From an uncultured Chloroflexota bacterium (GTDB taxonomy: Bacteria > Chloroflexota > Limnocylindria > Limnocylindrales > CSP1-4), in NCBI GenBank assembly GCA_903822495.1, contig CAIJPD010000022.1, forward strand, positions 10,069 through 74,068: a stretch of 64,000 bases of DNA. Direction: 5' to 3'. The position numbers and the translations under genes were made by a program. Under the pieces are notes generated by a model. The model worked only from the letters and a program-made list of their open reading frames with translations, did not search any database and was not told the origin of the DNA. Numbering within the stretch: position 1 is the stretch's first letter; every line of letters begins with the position of its first letter. Of this stretch, positions 11,744 to 21,518 are shown piece by piece.

Positions 11744-12151
11744 GTGATCGATTGGATCATCCGCGTCCTGATCAACGCGGCCGGCGTCTATGTCGCCACC
11801 ATGCTGCCGTTCACCAACATCACGTTCAACGTCGGCAACGACTGGTGGAAGCTCCTGGCGGTCGCCCTGATCCTGGCCCTGGTCAACAGCTTCATCAAGC
11901 CGATCGTCAAGCTCCTCTCGTTCCCGGTCAGCCTGCTCACCCTGGGGCTGGTTGGGTTCGTGATCAACGGCGCGATGCTGCTCCTGGTGGCCCTGGCCTC
12001 CGACCAGTTCAAGCTTGGCTTCAAGATCGGCGCCTTCCCGCCGACCCTGAACGCGGACGCCGTGGTCGGCGCAATCGCCGCGGCGTTCGTGATCAGCGTG
12101 GTGTCCACGCTCCTTGGGTTGGTCAATCGCGGGCGCAAGATCGTCTCCTAG
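11744..12151 (+). CDS. Small 4-TM membrane protein of the 'phage holin family 4 / mycobacterial 4-TMS holin' type
   Basis: The sequence VIDWIIRVLINAAGVYVA..LVNSFIKPIVKLLSFPVSLLTLGLVGFVINGAMLLL matches that family pattern. A GTG follows AGAGGAG. Confidence 0.7.
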   Translation: MIDWIIRVLINAAGVYVATMLPFTNITFNVGNDWWKLLAVALILALVNSFIKPIVKLLSFPVSLLTLGLVGFVINGAMLLLVALASDQFKLGFKIGAFPPTLNADAVVGAIAAAFVISVVSTLLGLVNRGRKIVS

Positions 12152-12220
12152 CGACACGCGACACCTGCGCCGGCCCGGAGCGATGCGGATCGTTCCGACG
12201 CCGCTCCCCCGGCCCACGCC

Positions 12221-13402
12221 ATGAGGCGCTCCGCCGGCGCGGCCCTCGGCGCGGCCATCGCCGCCGGCGCCCTGGCCGTCAGCGGCCCCGTGCTGGGTGC
12301 CGTCCTCGCACGAACGGAGCGGCGCATGAACCCGGTGGGGCCGGGGCCGCTCCCGCCGCCCTCCGACGCGGCGCGGCAGCTCCATGCCACCCTCCGGATC
12401 GCCGACCTCCACGCGGATTCGCTCCTCTGGGGCCGCGATCTCCGCCGGCGCGGGACGCGGGGCCACGTGGACGTCCCCCGCCTGATCGAGGGAAACGTCG
12501 CGCTCCAGGTCCTGTCGATGCCGGTGAAGACGCCGCGCCACCTCAACATCGAGCGCAACGAGCCCACCAGCGACGACGTCACGCTCATCGCCATCGCCCG
12601 GCGCTGGCCACCCGCCACCTGGCGGAGCCTCCTGGCCCGCGTCCTCCACCTCGCCGCCCAGGCGCGCCGGCTGGAGACCACTTCGGAGGGGCGGTTCCGG
12701 CTGATCGACTCGCGGGCATCGCTGGCCGCCTACCTCGCCGACCGGGCGGCCAACCCCCGGATCACCGCCGGCCTGCTGTCCATCGAGGGCGCGCACGCGC
12801 TCGAGGACGACCCGGCCAACGTCGAGGTGGTCGCCCACGCCGGGATCCGGATGATCTCGCCCGCCCACTTCTTCGACACCGCCTTCGGCGGCAGCGCCCA
12901 CGGCGTTGAGCAGGGCGGCCTGACCGAGCGCGGCCGCGACATGCTCCGCCGGATGGAGGCGGGCGGCGTGATCTTCGACGTCGCGCACGCCTCGGCCCGG
13001 ACCATCGACGACGCCCTTGCGCTCGCCACCCGGCCGGTCGTGGCCTCACACACGGGCGTCCGCGGTGTCCTCGACAACGCCCGGAACCTGTCCGACGCGC
13101 ACCTGGACGGGATCGCCGCCACCGGCGGCCTGGTGGGCATCGGCTTCTGGGAGACGGCGTGCGGCGGGCCGGACCCGTCGTGGATCGCACGGTCCATCGC
13201 CTACGCCGTGGAGCGGGTCGGCGCCGACCACGTCGCCCTGGGCTCGGACTGGGATGGCGCGGTGCGGGTCCCCTTCGATGCCGCCGGGCTGGTCCACCTC
13301 ACCGACGCGCTGCTGGCGGTGGGCCTCGGCGAGCCGGAGATCCGGGCCGTCATGGGCGAGAACGTGCTGCGGCTCCTGGGCGAGACGCTGCCGGACGCGT
13401 GA
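12221..13402 (+). CDS. Membrane dipeptidase (peptidase family M19)
   Basis: M19 blocks are present: DLHADSLLW, GGVIFDVAHAS, VASHTGVRG, VALGSDWDG, MGENVLRLL. Confidence 0.85.
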   Translation: MRRSAGAALGAAIAAGALAVSGPVLGAVLARTERRMNPVGPGPLPPPSDAARQLHATLRIADLHADSLLWGRDLRRRGTRGHVDVPRLIEGNVALQVLSMPVKTPRHLNIERNEPTSDDVTLIAIARRWPPATWRSLLARVLHLAAQARRLETTSEGRFRLIDSRASLAAYLADRAANPRITAGLLSIEGAHALEDDPANVEVVAHAGIRMISPAHFFDTAFGGSAHGVEQGGLTERGRDMLRRMEAGGVIFDVAHASARTIDDALALATRPVVASHTGVRGVLDNARNLSDAHLDGIAATGGLVGIGFWETACGGPDPSWIARSIAYAVERVGADHVALGSDWDGAVRVPFDAAGLVHLTDALLAVGLGEPEIRAVMGENVLRLLGETLPDA

Positions 13403-13439
13403 GCCCCATCATCGACGCGCGGCGCGCTAGGCTGTACCC

Positions 13440-15461
13440 GTGAATGCCCGTCAGCAACTGCGCGCCCGCCTCGACCGCGGCCCACTCGTCGCCGATGGCG
13501 CCTTCGGCACCCTCCTGTTCAGCCGCGGCATCCCCCAGCGCGCCTGCCTCGACGAGCTGCCCAGCAGCCGCCCCGACCTGGTGGGCGCCATCCACCGCGA
13601 GTACATCGACGCGGGCGCCGACATCATCGAGACGGGGACCTTCGGCGCCAACCGCCACCGGCTGGCCGCCTACGGCGAGGCGGGCAGCACGCTTCGTCTC
13701 AACCGGCGCGCGGCCCAGGTGGCGCGCGAGGCCCGCGACGTGGCCGGACGCGAGGTGCTGGTGGCCGGCTCCATCGGCCCGCTCGGCGCACCCACGCGCG
13801 AGCTCCTGACCCTGGACGACGCCCTGGTTCGCTCCATCTTCCGGGAGCAGATCGAGGGCCTGCTGGAGGGCGGCGTCGACGCGTTCATCCTGGAGACGTT
13901 CGTCGACCTGCGCCACCTCCTGCTGGCCATCGACGAGGTCCGCCGCGTCACGACGGACCTGCCCATCCTGGCCGAGCTCACGTTCGGCGAGGAGCTGGTG
14001 CTCGCCGACGGGACCACCCCCGAGGCCGCCGCGACCGCCCTCTTCGCCTCGGACGCCGACGTGATCGGCGTCAACTGCGGCGTGGGCCCGCAGGCTTGCC
14101 TCGAAGCATTGCGCGGCATGGCCAGCGCGTCGGGCGGCGCGAGCGGGCCGCGCCTCTCGATCATGCCCAATGCCGGCCTCCCGCAGCGCATCGAAGGCCA
14201 GTTCGTGTACGCCGCGGACGCCGACTACTTCGGCCGCATGGTGCCCAGCTTCGTCGCCGCCGGGGCGGCGATCATCGGCGGCTGCTGCGGGACCACGCCG
14301 GCCCACGTCGCGGCGATCCGGGCGGCCGTGGACCGGCCGCCGGCCCACGCCGAGGACGCGGACCGCACCACGGGCGTGTTGGCGGGCTACCGCGCCGCGT
14401 CCACGGAGCGTTCGTCGCCCCCCGAGCCCGCGGCCGTGGCGCCGCGCGCCACCCGGCCGGCCCCCGCCGCCAACGAGGACGCGCCGCCGCCAAGTCGCCT
14501 GGCCGTCGCGCTGGCCGAACGCCGGTTCGTGATCTCCGTGGAGATCGACCCGCCGCGCTCCATCCGAATCGAGCGGACCATCGAGGCAGCCCGGCTCCTC
14601 CAGGCCGCCGGCGTGGACGCGGTGAACATCAGCGACTCAGCGATGGCGCGGGTCCGCATGGGCGCGCTGGCCGTCGCGTTTGGCATCCAGCACGACGTGG
14701 ACCTGGAGTGCGTGGTCCACCTGACCACGCGCGATCGAAACCTCATGGCCATCGAATCCGAGTTGCTGGGGGCGCATGCCCTGGGCGTTCGCAACATCCT
14801 CGCGCTGACCGGGGATCCGCCACGGGTGGGCGACTACCCAACCGGCACCGGCGTCTGGGACGTGGATTCCGTCGGGCTGGTGGAGATTCTCGCGCGCCTC
14901 AATCGCGGCGAGGACCAGGCCGGCTCCCCCATCGGGCAGCGGGCCGCCTTCACCATCGCCTGCGCGCTGGACCCCACGGCCGCCGACCAGAGCCGGGAAT
15001 GGGACCGGCTGGAGAAGAAGCTGGCCGCCGGCGCGCACCTGATCATGACCCAGCCCCTGTACGGCGTGCCACAGGTGGAGGCGATGATCGAGGAGTCCCT
15101 CCGCCGCTTCGGCCCGGGGGGCTTCCCGGTCCCGGTGCTGCTGGGCGTCCTGCCGCTCCAGAGCGCCCGTCACGCGGAGTTCCTGCACAACGAGGTGCCT
15201 GGCATCACCATCCCGGAGCCCACGCGGGCGGCGATGCACGGCGCCGGTGACCGGGGCGCCGAGGTGGGCCTGGAGATCACCCTCGCCCTGCTGGAAGAGG
15301 TCGAAGCGCTGGTCGCCGGGACCTACGTCATGCCCAGCTTCGGCCGCTACCAGCAGGCCGCCGAGCTGGTCCGCCGGATCCGGGCCCGTCACCCGGAGCG
15401 CGCCGCGCCGCCAGCCGCGAACACCAGGGCTGACGCGCCACCCGCCGCGTCGGCATCATGA
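13440..15461 (+). CDS. Bifunctional homocysteine S-methyltransferase / 5,10-methylenetetrahydrofolate reductase (YitJ-like)
   Basis: The N-terminal Hcy-binding domain (..IIGGCCGTTPAHV) is followed by a MetF-like domain (NISDSAMARVRM.., ALTGDPP, IMTQPLY). Confidence 0.85.
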   Translation: MNARQQLRARLDRGPLVADGAFGTLLFSRGIPQRACLDELPSSRPDLVGAIHREYIDAGADIIETGTFGANRHRLAAYGEAGSTLRLNRRAAQVAREARDVAGREVLVAGSIGPLGAPTRELLTLDDALVRSIFREQIEGLLEGGVDAFILETFVDLRHLLLAIDEVRRVTTDLPILAELTFGEELVLADGTTPEAAATALFASDADVIGVNCGVGPQACLEALRGMASASGGASGPRLSIMPNAGLPQRIEGQFVYAADADYFGRMVPSFVAAGAAIIGGCCGTTPAHVAAIRAAVDRPPAHAEDADRTTGVLAGYRAASTERSSPPEPAAVAPRATRPAPAANEDAPPPSRLAVALAERRFVISVEIDPPRSIRIERTIEAARLLQAAGVDAVNISDSAMARVRMGALAVAFGIQHDVDLECVVHLTTRDRNLMAIESELLGAHALGVRNILALTGDPPRVGDYPTGTGVWDVDSVGLVEILARLNRGEDQAGSPIGQRAAFTIACALDPTAADQSREWDRLEKKLAAGAHLIMTQPLYGVPQVEAMIEESLRRFGPGGFPVPVLLGVLPLQSARHAEFLHNEVPGITIPEPTRAAMHGAGDRGAEVGLEITLALLEEVEALVAGTYVMPSFGRYQQAAELVRRIRARHPERAAPPAANTRADAPPAASAS

Positions 15462-15465
15462 GGCC

Positions 15466-17238
15466 ATGAACCTGCCCTTCGTCGATCCCAGGTCGCGGAC
15501 GCCCCGGCGTCTCGCCCGGACCCTCCTGGCGCTCGCCGTGCTGCTGCTCGCGGCCGCCCCGGCGCTTGCGGCCAGCCCGCCGCCCGGCCCGCCGGCTGGG
15601 CCGCCCTGGCCGGCTCCCCAGGTCGATCGCGCCGTCTACGACTATGCGGGCGCCTTCCAGCCCGCGACGGTCGCCAGCGTCGAGGCCACGATCGACGAGA
15701 TCGAGGCGCGAACGGGCGCGGAGGTCGTCGTCTACACCCAGATCGCCGGCTACGGCGTCTCCCAGTCGGAAGCCAAGTCCGACGCGGCGTCGCTGATGGA
15801 CCAGTGGGGCGTCGGCCGGAAGGGCTTCGATGACGGCCTGGTGATCCTGTTCGACCTGGACCCCACCAGGATCCACGGGCAGGTCTTCCTGTACGGCGGG
15901 GCGGGCTACCTGTCGACGTACATGAGCGAATCGGATCTCCAGGGCCTGTACGACAACGAGATGCTGCCGCTCCTCAAGGCCGCCGACCTGGACGGGGCGA
16001 TCACGGTGGCACTTGCCCGGGTCAATGCCAGCACCACGCCCGAGCACGCCAGCGCGCTCCAGACCGCACGCCAGGTGGATGCCGCGGTGGGCCTCATCGG
16101 CGGCCCCCTCGTGCTCATCCTGATGGTGGGTTGGGGCGTCCGAAACTGGCTCCGCTACGGCAAGGACCCCGTCTACCTCGACGACGACTCGATCCTGATG
16201 GCCGGCCCCCCGCCCAAGCTGACGGCCGCCACGGCGTCGGCGCTGATGGAGGGCAAGGCGACGCGACGCGCGCTGACCACGGCGATGCTGGATCTGGCCA
16301 GCCGCGGCAAGATCACCTTCCGCGAGGAGAAGAAGCTCCTGGGCCTGGGCGGCACCAAGGTCGGCATCGACACGGATCCGCCGGCCGGCGACGAGGTCGC
16401 CGAGGCGCATCGCGCCCTGAACGCGCGCCGGCCCCTGGGGGATGCGGAGCACTACGCGCTGGAGAAGCTCCGCTCGCTGGCCTCCAACGGCCTCCTGGAG
16501 GCCAGCGATGTGCCCAAGTTCGGGACGCACGTGGGGACCTTCGACACCAGGTTGGAGGCCTCGCTGGCCTCCAACGGCTGGATGACCGAGGCCCCCGGCA
16601 AGGTCACGGCGCGCTGGGCGGGTCGCGGCTTCCTGGGCCTGTTCGGCGGGATCGTCATCCTGATCGCCGCCTTCAACCTGCCCAGCGCCGGGCTGACCAT
16701 CGTGGGCGTCGCGGCCATCCTCGGGGGGATCGCGCTCCTGGTCCTGTCCAGGGCGATGCCGGCGGTCACCAAGGGTGGAGCCATGATCCGCGCCCAGCTG
16801 CACGCCTACCGGCGGACACTCCAGAAGACGATGGAGCAGGCACGCTCCATGCAGCAGGTCGTGGACCAGGCCGGGCTCACCTGGCTGGAGACGCCGGACC
16901 AGGCCGTGGTCTGGGGGACGGCGCTGGGGCTCCAGTCCGAGATCGAGGGGGTCCTGGCCCGCTCGCTTGAGGACGTTCAGGCGGGCCGCTCCACCAACTC
17001 CGCCATGTACTTCCCGATCTGGTACACCAACAGCGCCGGCCAATCGTTCGGCGCGGCGGCGGGCGGCGGGGCCACCGGTGGCCTCTTCTCCAGCTCGCCG
17101 ATCCCCGACCTCGGGGGGATGATGAGCGCCCTGGGGACCATCGGGAACTCGCCGGCGTCCAGCGGCTCCAGCAGTGGTGGCGGCGGGTTCAGCGGCGGGG
17201 GCTCGGGCGGGGGCGGGGGCGGCGGGGGCGGCTTCTAG
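15466..17238 (+). CDS. Secreted/membrane protein with a TPM-like N-terminal domain and a DUF2207-like membrane region; poly-Gly C-terminus
   Basis: A signal peptide is followed by VYDYAGAF..IDEIEARTGAEVVVYT (TPM-like). Later come TM segments and a GGGGFSGGGSGGGGGGGGGF tail. The in-frame ATG is at 15466. Confidence 0.7.
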   Translation: MNLPFVDPRSRTPRRLARTLLALAVLLLAAAPALAASPPPGPPAGPPWPAPQVDRAVYDYAGAFQPATVASVEATIDEIEARTGAEVVVYTQIAGYGVSQSEAKSDAASLMDQWGVGRKGFDDGLVILFDLDPTRIHGQVFLYGGAGYLSTYMSESDLQGLYDNEMLPLLKAADLDGAITVALARVNASTTPEHASALQTARQVDAAVGLIGGPLVLILMVGWGVRNWLRYGKDPVYLDDDSILMAGPPPKLTAATASALMEGKATRRALTTAMLDLASRGKITFREEKKLLGLGGTKVGIDTDPPAGDEVAEAHRALNARRPLGDAEHYALEKLRSLASNGLLEASDVPKFGTHVGTFDTRLEASLASNGWMTEAPGKVTARWAGRGFLGLFGGIVILIAAFNLPSAGLTIVGVAAILGGIALLVLSRAMPAVTKGGAMIRAQLHAYRRTLQKTMEQARSMQQVVDQAGLTWLETPDQAVVWGTALGLQSEIEGVLARSLEDVQAGRSTNSAMYFPIWYTNSAGQSFGAAAGGGATGGLFSSSPIPDLGGMMSALGTIGNSPASSGSSSGGGGFSGGGSGGGGGGGGGF

Positions 17239-17293
17239 GGTCGGTGGCCCCGGGGGCGGCTCGCCGGTCTTCGGGCTCGGGTACACTCCGGGC

Positions 17294-17626
17294 ATGGGCG
17301 CAGTCGAGACAATGGACCAGTTCTTCGAACTCCTCAACGGCGGTGACCGCGTGGGTGCCGTGGCGTTGATGGCGGAGACCACGGAGATGCGCGTCCACGT
17401 GGGCGACAGCGTGCAGACGCTGCGCGGCGTGGAGCGAGTGGGCGGCTGGTTCCTGCGCTCGGACCGTGGGCTCAAGATGATCCCGGGCGACGTCCGCGAC
17501 ACGGGCAACACCTACGAGGCGGACATCGTCGTGGTCCGGCCCGGCGCCCAATCACAGCACCTGGATGCCACCTTCCGGGTCGAGGGCGGCAAGATCACCA
17601 GCATCAACCTGGCGCCTCGCCGCTGA
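17294..17626 (+). CDS. Small NTF2/SnoaL-like protein
   Basis: At 110 aa, its length and alpha+beta pattern (FFELLNGGD...ATFRVEGGKITSINL) fit this fold. The assignment is weak. Confidence 0.5.
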   Translation: MGAVETMDQFFELLNGGDRVGAVALMAETTEMRVHVGDSVQTLRGVERVGGWFLRSDRGLKMIPGDVRDTGNTYEADIVVVRPGAQSQHLDATFRVEGGKITSINLAPRR

Positions 17627-17718
17627 CGCGCCCGCCCAAGGGCGGAGCCTGCCCCGCGGGGGCCCATCGGCGTCACTCGCCCGCCGCGCCACCCGCGCGG
17701 TCACGTTCCAAACCGATG

Positions 17719-18954
17719 CTACGGCGCCTTGCTGGGTGCCTTGGACGGGGCCGGTGACGTCGCATCCTTGAAGCCGCTGGGGACCGCGGCGGGGATGATG
17801 AGCGTGTCGCCCGCGACGATCCTGTCCGGGTTGGGGTACTTGTCCTTGTTGACGGCGATCAGGTCTGTGAGCGGGACCCCAAACTTGGCCGCGATCTTTG
17901 ACATGGTGTCGCCCGGCGCGACCTGGTACGTCAGCGCGGCCGGCGGTGGCGTGGTGGTGGGCGCAAAGCTGAACGTGGCACCGGGGCTCCGACTGGGGAC
18001 GGGCAGCGGCGTCGGCGTGGCCTTGGGCCCGCCCAGGCCCAGCATGCCCGGAAGGAAGAAGAGGCCCACGGCGGCCAGCACCAGCACCAGGAACAGGAGC
18101 ACCACCCTGGGCACGGCCGGGACGCCCATCCGCGTGCGGAGCATGGGATAGGCCTCAAAGCGCGGCGGCTCCTCCCAGGCCGGCCCCGAATCGCCGGACC
18201 GGCGACGCCCACGCGTGTCCCCGACCTTGGGGCGGCCACGTGGGATCAGCCCGGAAACCCGCCCGAAGGCGCCGCCGCCGGAGCGGCCTTCTCGCCCGTC
18301 GGAGCGGCCGCGCCCCCGGCCGTCATCGTGATCGCGGACCCGTGCCGGGACGTCGTCGTCGGCATCGTCGTCATCGTCGTCATCGGCACGGGACGGCCAC
18401 CCTGCCGCGGCACGGCCGGACGCCTCGGGCGGCACAAACCGCGGCAAGCCGGTGCCGTCCCGTCCCTCGGCCGCGGGCGCGGGCGCGGGCGCCGCTGGCA
18501 CACCGTCCATCGCAATCCGGTGCGCGAGGCTCCCGCTGAGGCCCGACTCTCGACGACGAACGCCCGCGAAGTCCGCCGGCTCCGTCGCAGAGCCAGCATT
18601 CCTGCGCGTGCGGTGCTCATCCTCAACCGAGCCCAGCCACGGCGGCGGGGCGGCCCACCCGCGCGCGGGATTCCGACCACCGGCGCCCTGGTCCTGGGGC
18701 GCGGCTGGCGGCCGGGCGGTGTGCACCCTCGCGCCCTCGCGGCGAGCCCAGTCCTGGAACGTGGGGCACAGTGCGAAGGCGCTCGACAGGCAGTACGCGT
18801 CCTGGTGGGCAAGAGCGCGCGGCGCTGGGCGGACCTCCGCGAAGCAGCGATGGCGCGCGTCGGGGCTGCTGGCCCGGCCCTCCCGGTCGTCATCAAAGGC
18901 GACGAATGGGCAGGCGGGGGCGCCGTCGACGATGGGCAGCCCGCGATCGGTCAT
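17719..18954 (-). CDS. LysM peptidoglycan-binding protein with a Cys/His-rich cytoplasmic N-domain and one TM segment
   Basis: The C-terminal LysM domain reads YQVAPGDTMSKIAAKFGVPLTDLIAVNK..GDTLIIP. The N-terminus carries CPF..HRC..CL..C. Confidence 0.8.
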   Translation of the reverse strand: MTDRGLPIVDGAPACPFVAFDDDREGRASSPDARHRCFAEVRPAPRALAHQDAYCLSSAFALCPTFQDWARREGARVHTARPPAAPQDQGAGGRNPARGWAAPPPWLGSVEDEHRTRRNAGSATEPADFAGVRRRESGLSGSLAHRIAMDGVPAAPAPAPAAEGRDGTGLPRFVPPEASGRAAAGWPSRADDDDDDDADDDVPARVRDHDDGRGRGRSDGREGRSGGGAFGRVSGLIPRGRPKVGDTRGRRRSGDSGPAWEEPPRFEAYPMLRTRMGVPAVPRVVLLFLVLVLAAVGLFFLPGMLGLGGPKATPTPLPVPSRSPGATFSFAPTTTPPPAALTYQVAPGDTMSKIAAKFGVPLTDLIAVNKDKYPNPDRIVAGDTLIIPAAVPSGFKDATSPAPSKAPSKAP

Positions 18955-18998
18955 CGGACCGATGATACCCGGGCCCCGTCGCGGCGCGGAACCCCCCC

Positions 18999-19823
18999 CT
19001 ACCGCCCCAGCGACTCCAGCAGCGCCGCGGTCGCGTCGACCACCTTCGCCTGCTGGTCGGCTCGCGAGATTGTCGCCGGCGGGTCGTTGGGTTGGCCCGT
19101 GTACCAGCCCATCTGCTCGTGGTTGCCGCCCTGGATCACCAGGACCACGGGAGTCGCCGGGATGTTCGCCAACGCCTTGGGCCCCGCGTAGCTGGCCACC
19201 CCCGCGTCGAGCGACCCATACGCGATCAGGACCCGGATCGGCTGCGTCGAGATGTCCGTCGCCGAGTAGGCCGCCCAGAAGATGAGCCCTTCGGCCGCCC
19301 CGGGATGCCCGGACAGGTACTGCGCGGCCATCGCCCCGCCCAGCGAGTGGCCGCCAATCGCCCAGTGGCGGATCTCCGGGTGCGCGGCCATCGCCGGCGT
19401 GGCTCCTTCGAACCCCAGGACCGCCAGGTTGAGCGGCATCGGCACGATCTCCACCAGGTAGCCGCGGGCCGCGATGGCCGCCGCCGACGGCGCGTACGCC
19501 GCCGGGTCCACCTTGCCGCCCGGGTAGAAGACGAACCCGGTGGTGGGGGCGCCCGAAGCGGGCGCGAACACCAGCCGGCCATCCTCGCGGGCGAACCGGA
19601 CCATTGGCGTGGAGACCAGCGCGGCCGAGGCCTCGGGCAGGTTGGGCTGCGGGATGGCGAAGTAGCCGATGGCGCCAACGATCGCCAGCAGCAGCACGAC
19701 CAGGACGGCGTAGGCGGCCTTCCGGCGGCGGCTCCGGCCGCGACGTGGGGCGGCCGCCGCGGAGTTCGGCGCGCCGGCCGGGGTGGGTGCAACGGAGGTC
19801 GAGTCGGGCTGAGTCTGGCTCAC
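18999..19823 (-). CDS. Membrane-anchored alpha/beta hydrolase
   Basis: It has a GHSLGG nucleophile elbow. A GTG at 19823 follows GGAG. The upstream part of the listed ORF is Arg/Pro-rich and unlikely to be coding. Confidence 0.7.
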   Translation of the reverse strand: MSQTQPDSTSVAPTPAGAPNSAAAAPRRGRSRRRKAAYAVLVVLLLAIVGAIGYFAIPQPNLPEASAALVSTPMVRFAREDGRLVFAPASGAPTTGFVFYPGGKVDPAAYAPSAAAIAARGYLVEIVPMPLNLAVLGFEGATPAMAAHPEIRHWAIGGHSLGGAMAAQYLSGHPGAAEGLIFWAAYSATDISTQPIRVLIAYGSLDAGVASYAGPKALANIPATPVVLVIQGGNHEQMGWYTGQPNDPPATISRADQQAKVVDATAALLESLGR

Positions 19824-19861
19824 AAGGGCTCCAGTTCGTTCGTCACGGCCGGTCAGGCCGG

Positions 19862-20857
19862 TCAGGCAGGATGCTGGGCGAGGAACGGCAGGATGACCGC
19901 CATGAACGCCTCCGCCCGCTCCTCGAAGGGAAGGTGGCCGGCGCCGTCGATGACGTCCAGGCGCGCGCCCGGGATGGCGGCCGCCAGCGCCTCGCCCCGG
20001 GCCAGCGGGATCCACGGGTCAACCCGGCCCCAGATCACCTGCGTCGGGACGGTCAGCGAGTTCAGCGCGCGGGGCAGCGCGTTCCCGCCCTGGTCGCGCG
20101 AGACCGCGAGCAGCGCCAGGTCCCAGTCGCGCGTCCTGGCCTGTGCCTGGTAGCCCACGGCGACGGCGGGCGTCACGAAAGCGGGGTCCGCGTACGCGGA
20201 GCGGAGCAGGTCGACCAGCGCATCCGGCGAGATCAGCCGGCGGATCGCCTGGCGGGCCACCTGCTGCACCGGCGGCAGCTGGAGCGCCCCGGACGCCAGC
20301 GCCTGGCCGACCCCCGCCAGGGCGCCACCCTCGCCCGGCTCCCGTGCCGCCGCGTCCACCAGGACCAGCGCCGCCACCCGCTCCGGCGCCGCCATGGCCA
20401 CGTGCAACGCCACGCTCCCACCCATCGAGTGCCCGGCCACCACGGCCCGCCGGATCCCCAGCGCGTCCATGACGGCGAGGACGTGGCGGGCCTGCGCCGC
20501 ATGCGACGTGTCGGTATCCCAGCGCTTCTCGCTCAGGCCAAAATCCAGCAGGTCCAGCGCAACGACACGATACCCGGCGGCCGCCAGCGCCGGGACAGTG
20601 AGCCGCCACGAGAAGGTCGACCCGCCGAAGCCGTGGATCAGCACCACCGCGGGGGCTCCGGGCGCGCCGGCCTCCATGACGGCGGTCCGACCGGCCTCAC
20701 CCGGGACCTGGATCAACCGCGCGCCCGCGGGCAGCAGCGTGGCGGGGTCGTCGTCCGGCGAGGCCGGCAGCGGGACCAGGTAGGAGGCGGCCAGCACCAC
20801 GGCAAGCAGCACCAGGACGGCCCGGCCGAGCCACAGGAGGATGCGTCGCAGGCTCAT
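19862..20857 (-). CDS. Alpha/beta hydrolase
   Basis: It carries VVLIHGFGGS and GHSMGG motifs plus an N-terminal TM segment. The ATG is at 20857. Confidence 0.8.
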   Translation of the reverse strand: MSLRRILLWLGRAVLVLLAVVLAASYLVPLPASPDDDPATLLPAGARLIQVPGEAGRTAVMEAGAPGAPAVVLIHGFGGSTFSWRLTVPALAAAGYRVVALDLLDFGLSEKRWDTDTSHAAQARHVLAVMDALGIRRAVVAGHSMGGSVALHVAMAAPERVAALVLVDAAAREPGEGGALAGVGQALASGALQLPPVQQVARQAIRRLISPDALVDLLRSAYADPAFVTPAVAVGYQAQARTRDWDLALLAVSRDQGGNALPRALNSLTVPTQVIWGRVDPWIPLARGEALAAAIPGARLDVIDGAGHLPFEERAEAFMAVILPFLAQHPA

Positions 20858-20974
20858 GGGTTCGATGCTACCAGCGACGGCGCGTGACCCCCCGGAGCCG
20901 CGTGCCGCTCCGGCCGCGGCGCCTCCGCGAGCCCGGGGCCGCCCGCGCAGCCCGGGCTGCGCTAGCATCCCGCC

Positions 20975-21499
20975 ATGACTGACACCGACCGCACCCCGCT
21001 CGAGCTTGTCCGCCTCCTGCACGCGTCCACCAACGCCCTCGCGGCCGAGGTCTGGGCGCTTGGCCCGCAGGCCACCGCCCGTCCCGCCGAGGGCGAGTGG
21101 TGCGCCAACGAGGTGCTGGGCCACCTGATCGAGGCCGACAGGCGCGGGTTCGCCGGGCGGATTCGGACGGTCATTGCCGAGGATCGGCCCACGTTCGTGA
21201 AGTGGGACCAGCCCGGTGTCGCGGCGGCCCGGAAGGACAACCTGCGCGACCCCGGCGAGCTCATCCAGGAGTTCATGTCGGCCCGGGAGACGGACCTGGC
21301 CTTCATGGCCGAGCTGGACCCGGCGGTCATGGCCCGCGTGGGGATCCACCCGACCGTCGGCGAGCTGAGCGTCGGCGACCTGCTCAACGAGTGGGTCCAT
21401 CACGACCGCGAGCACCTCGCGCAGATGCTGGCCGTGACCCAGTCGCAGGTCCGCCCGTTCATGGGCAACGCCCAGAAGTTTGGGCAGCCCAAGCCGTAG
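20975..21499 (+). CDS. DinB-family metal-dependent protein
   Basis: The spacing W..NEVLGHLIE...EWVHHDREH is the DinB-type His triad arrangement. Confidence 0.75.
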   Translation: MTDTDRTPLELVRLLHASTNALAAEVWALGPQATARPAEGEWCANEVLGHLIEADRRGFAGRIRTVIAEDRPTFVKWDQPGVAAARKDNLRDPGELIQEFMSARETDLAFMAELDPAVMARVGIHPTVGELSVGDLLNEWVHHDREHLAQMLAVTQSQVRPFMGNAQKFGQPKP

Positions 21500-21518
21500 C
21501 GACCGGAGGAGCCCCAGG

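Noticed and set aside
11744-12151. A holin-family gene as a sign of a prophage.
   Set aside because: There are no terminase, capsid, tail, integrase or endolysin genes nearby. This 4-TM family is widespread as a chromosomal membrane protein. The GH25 muramidase is 50 kb away and has its own signal peptide.
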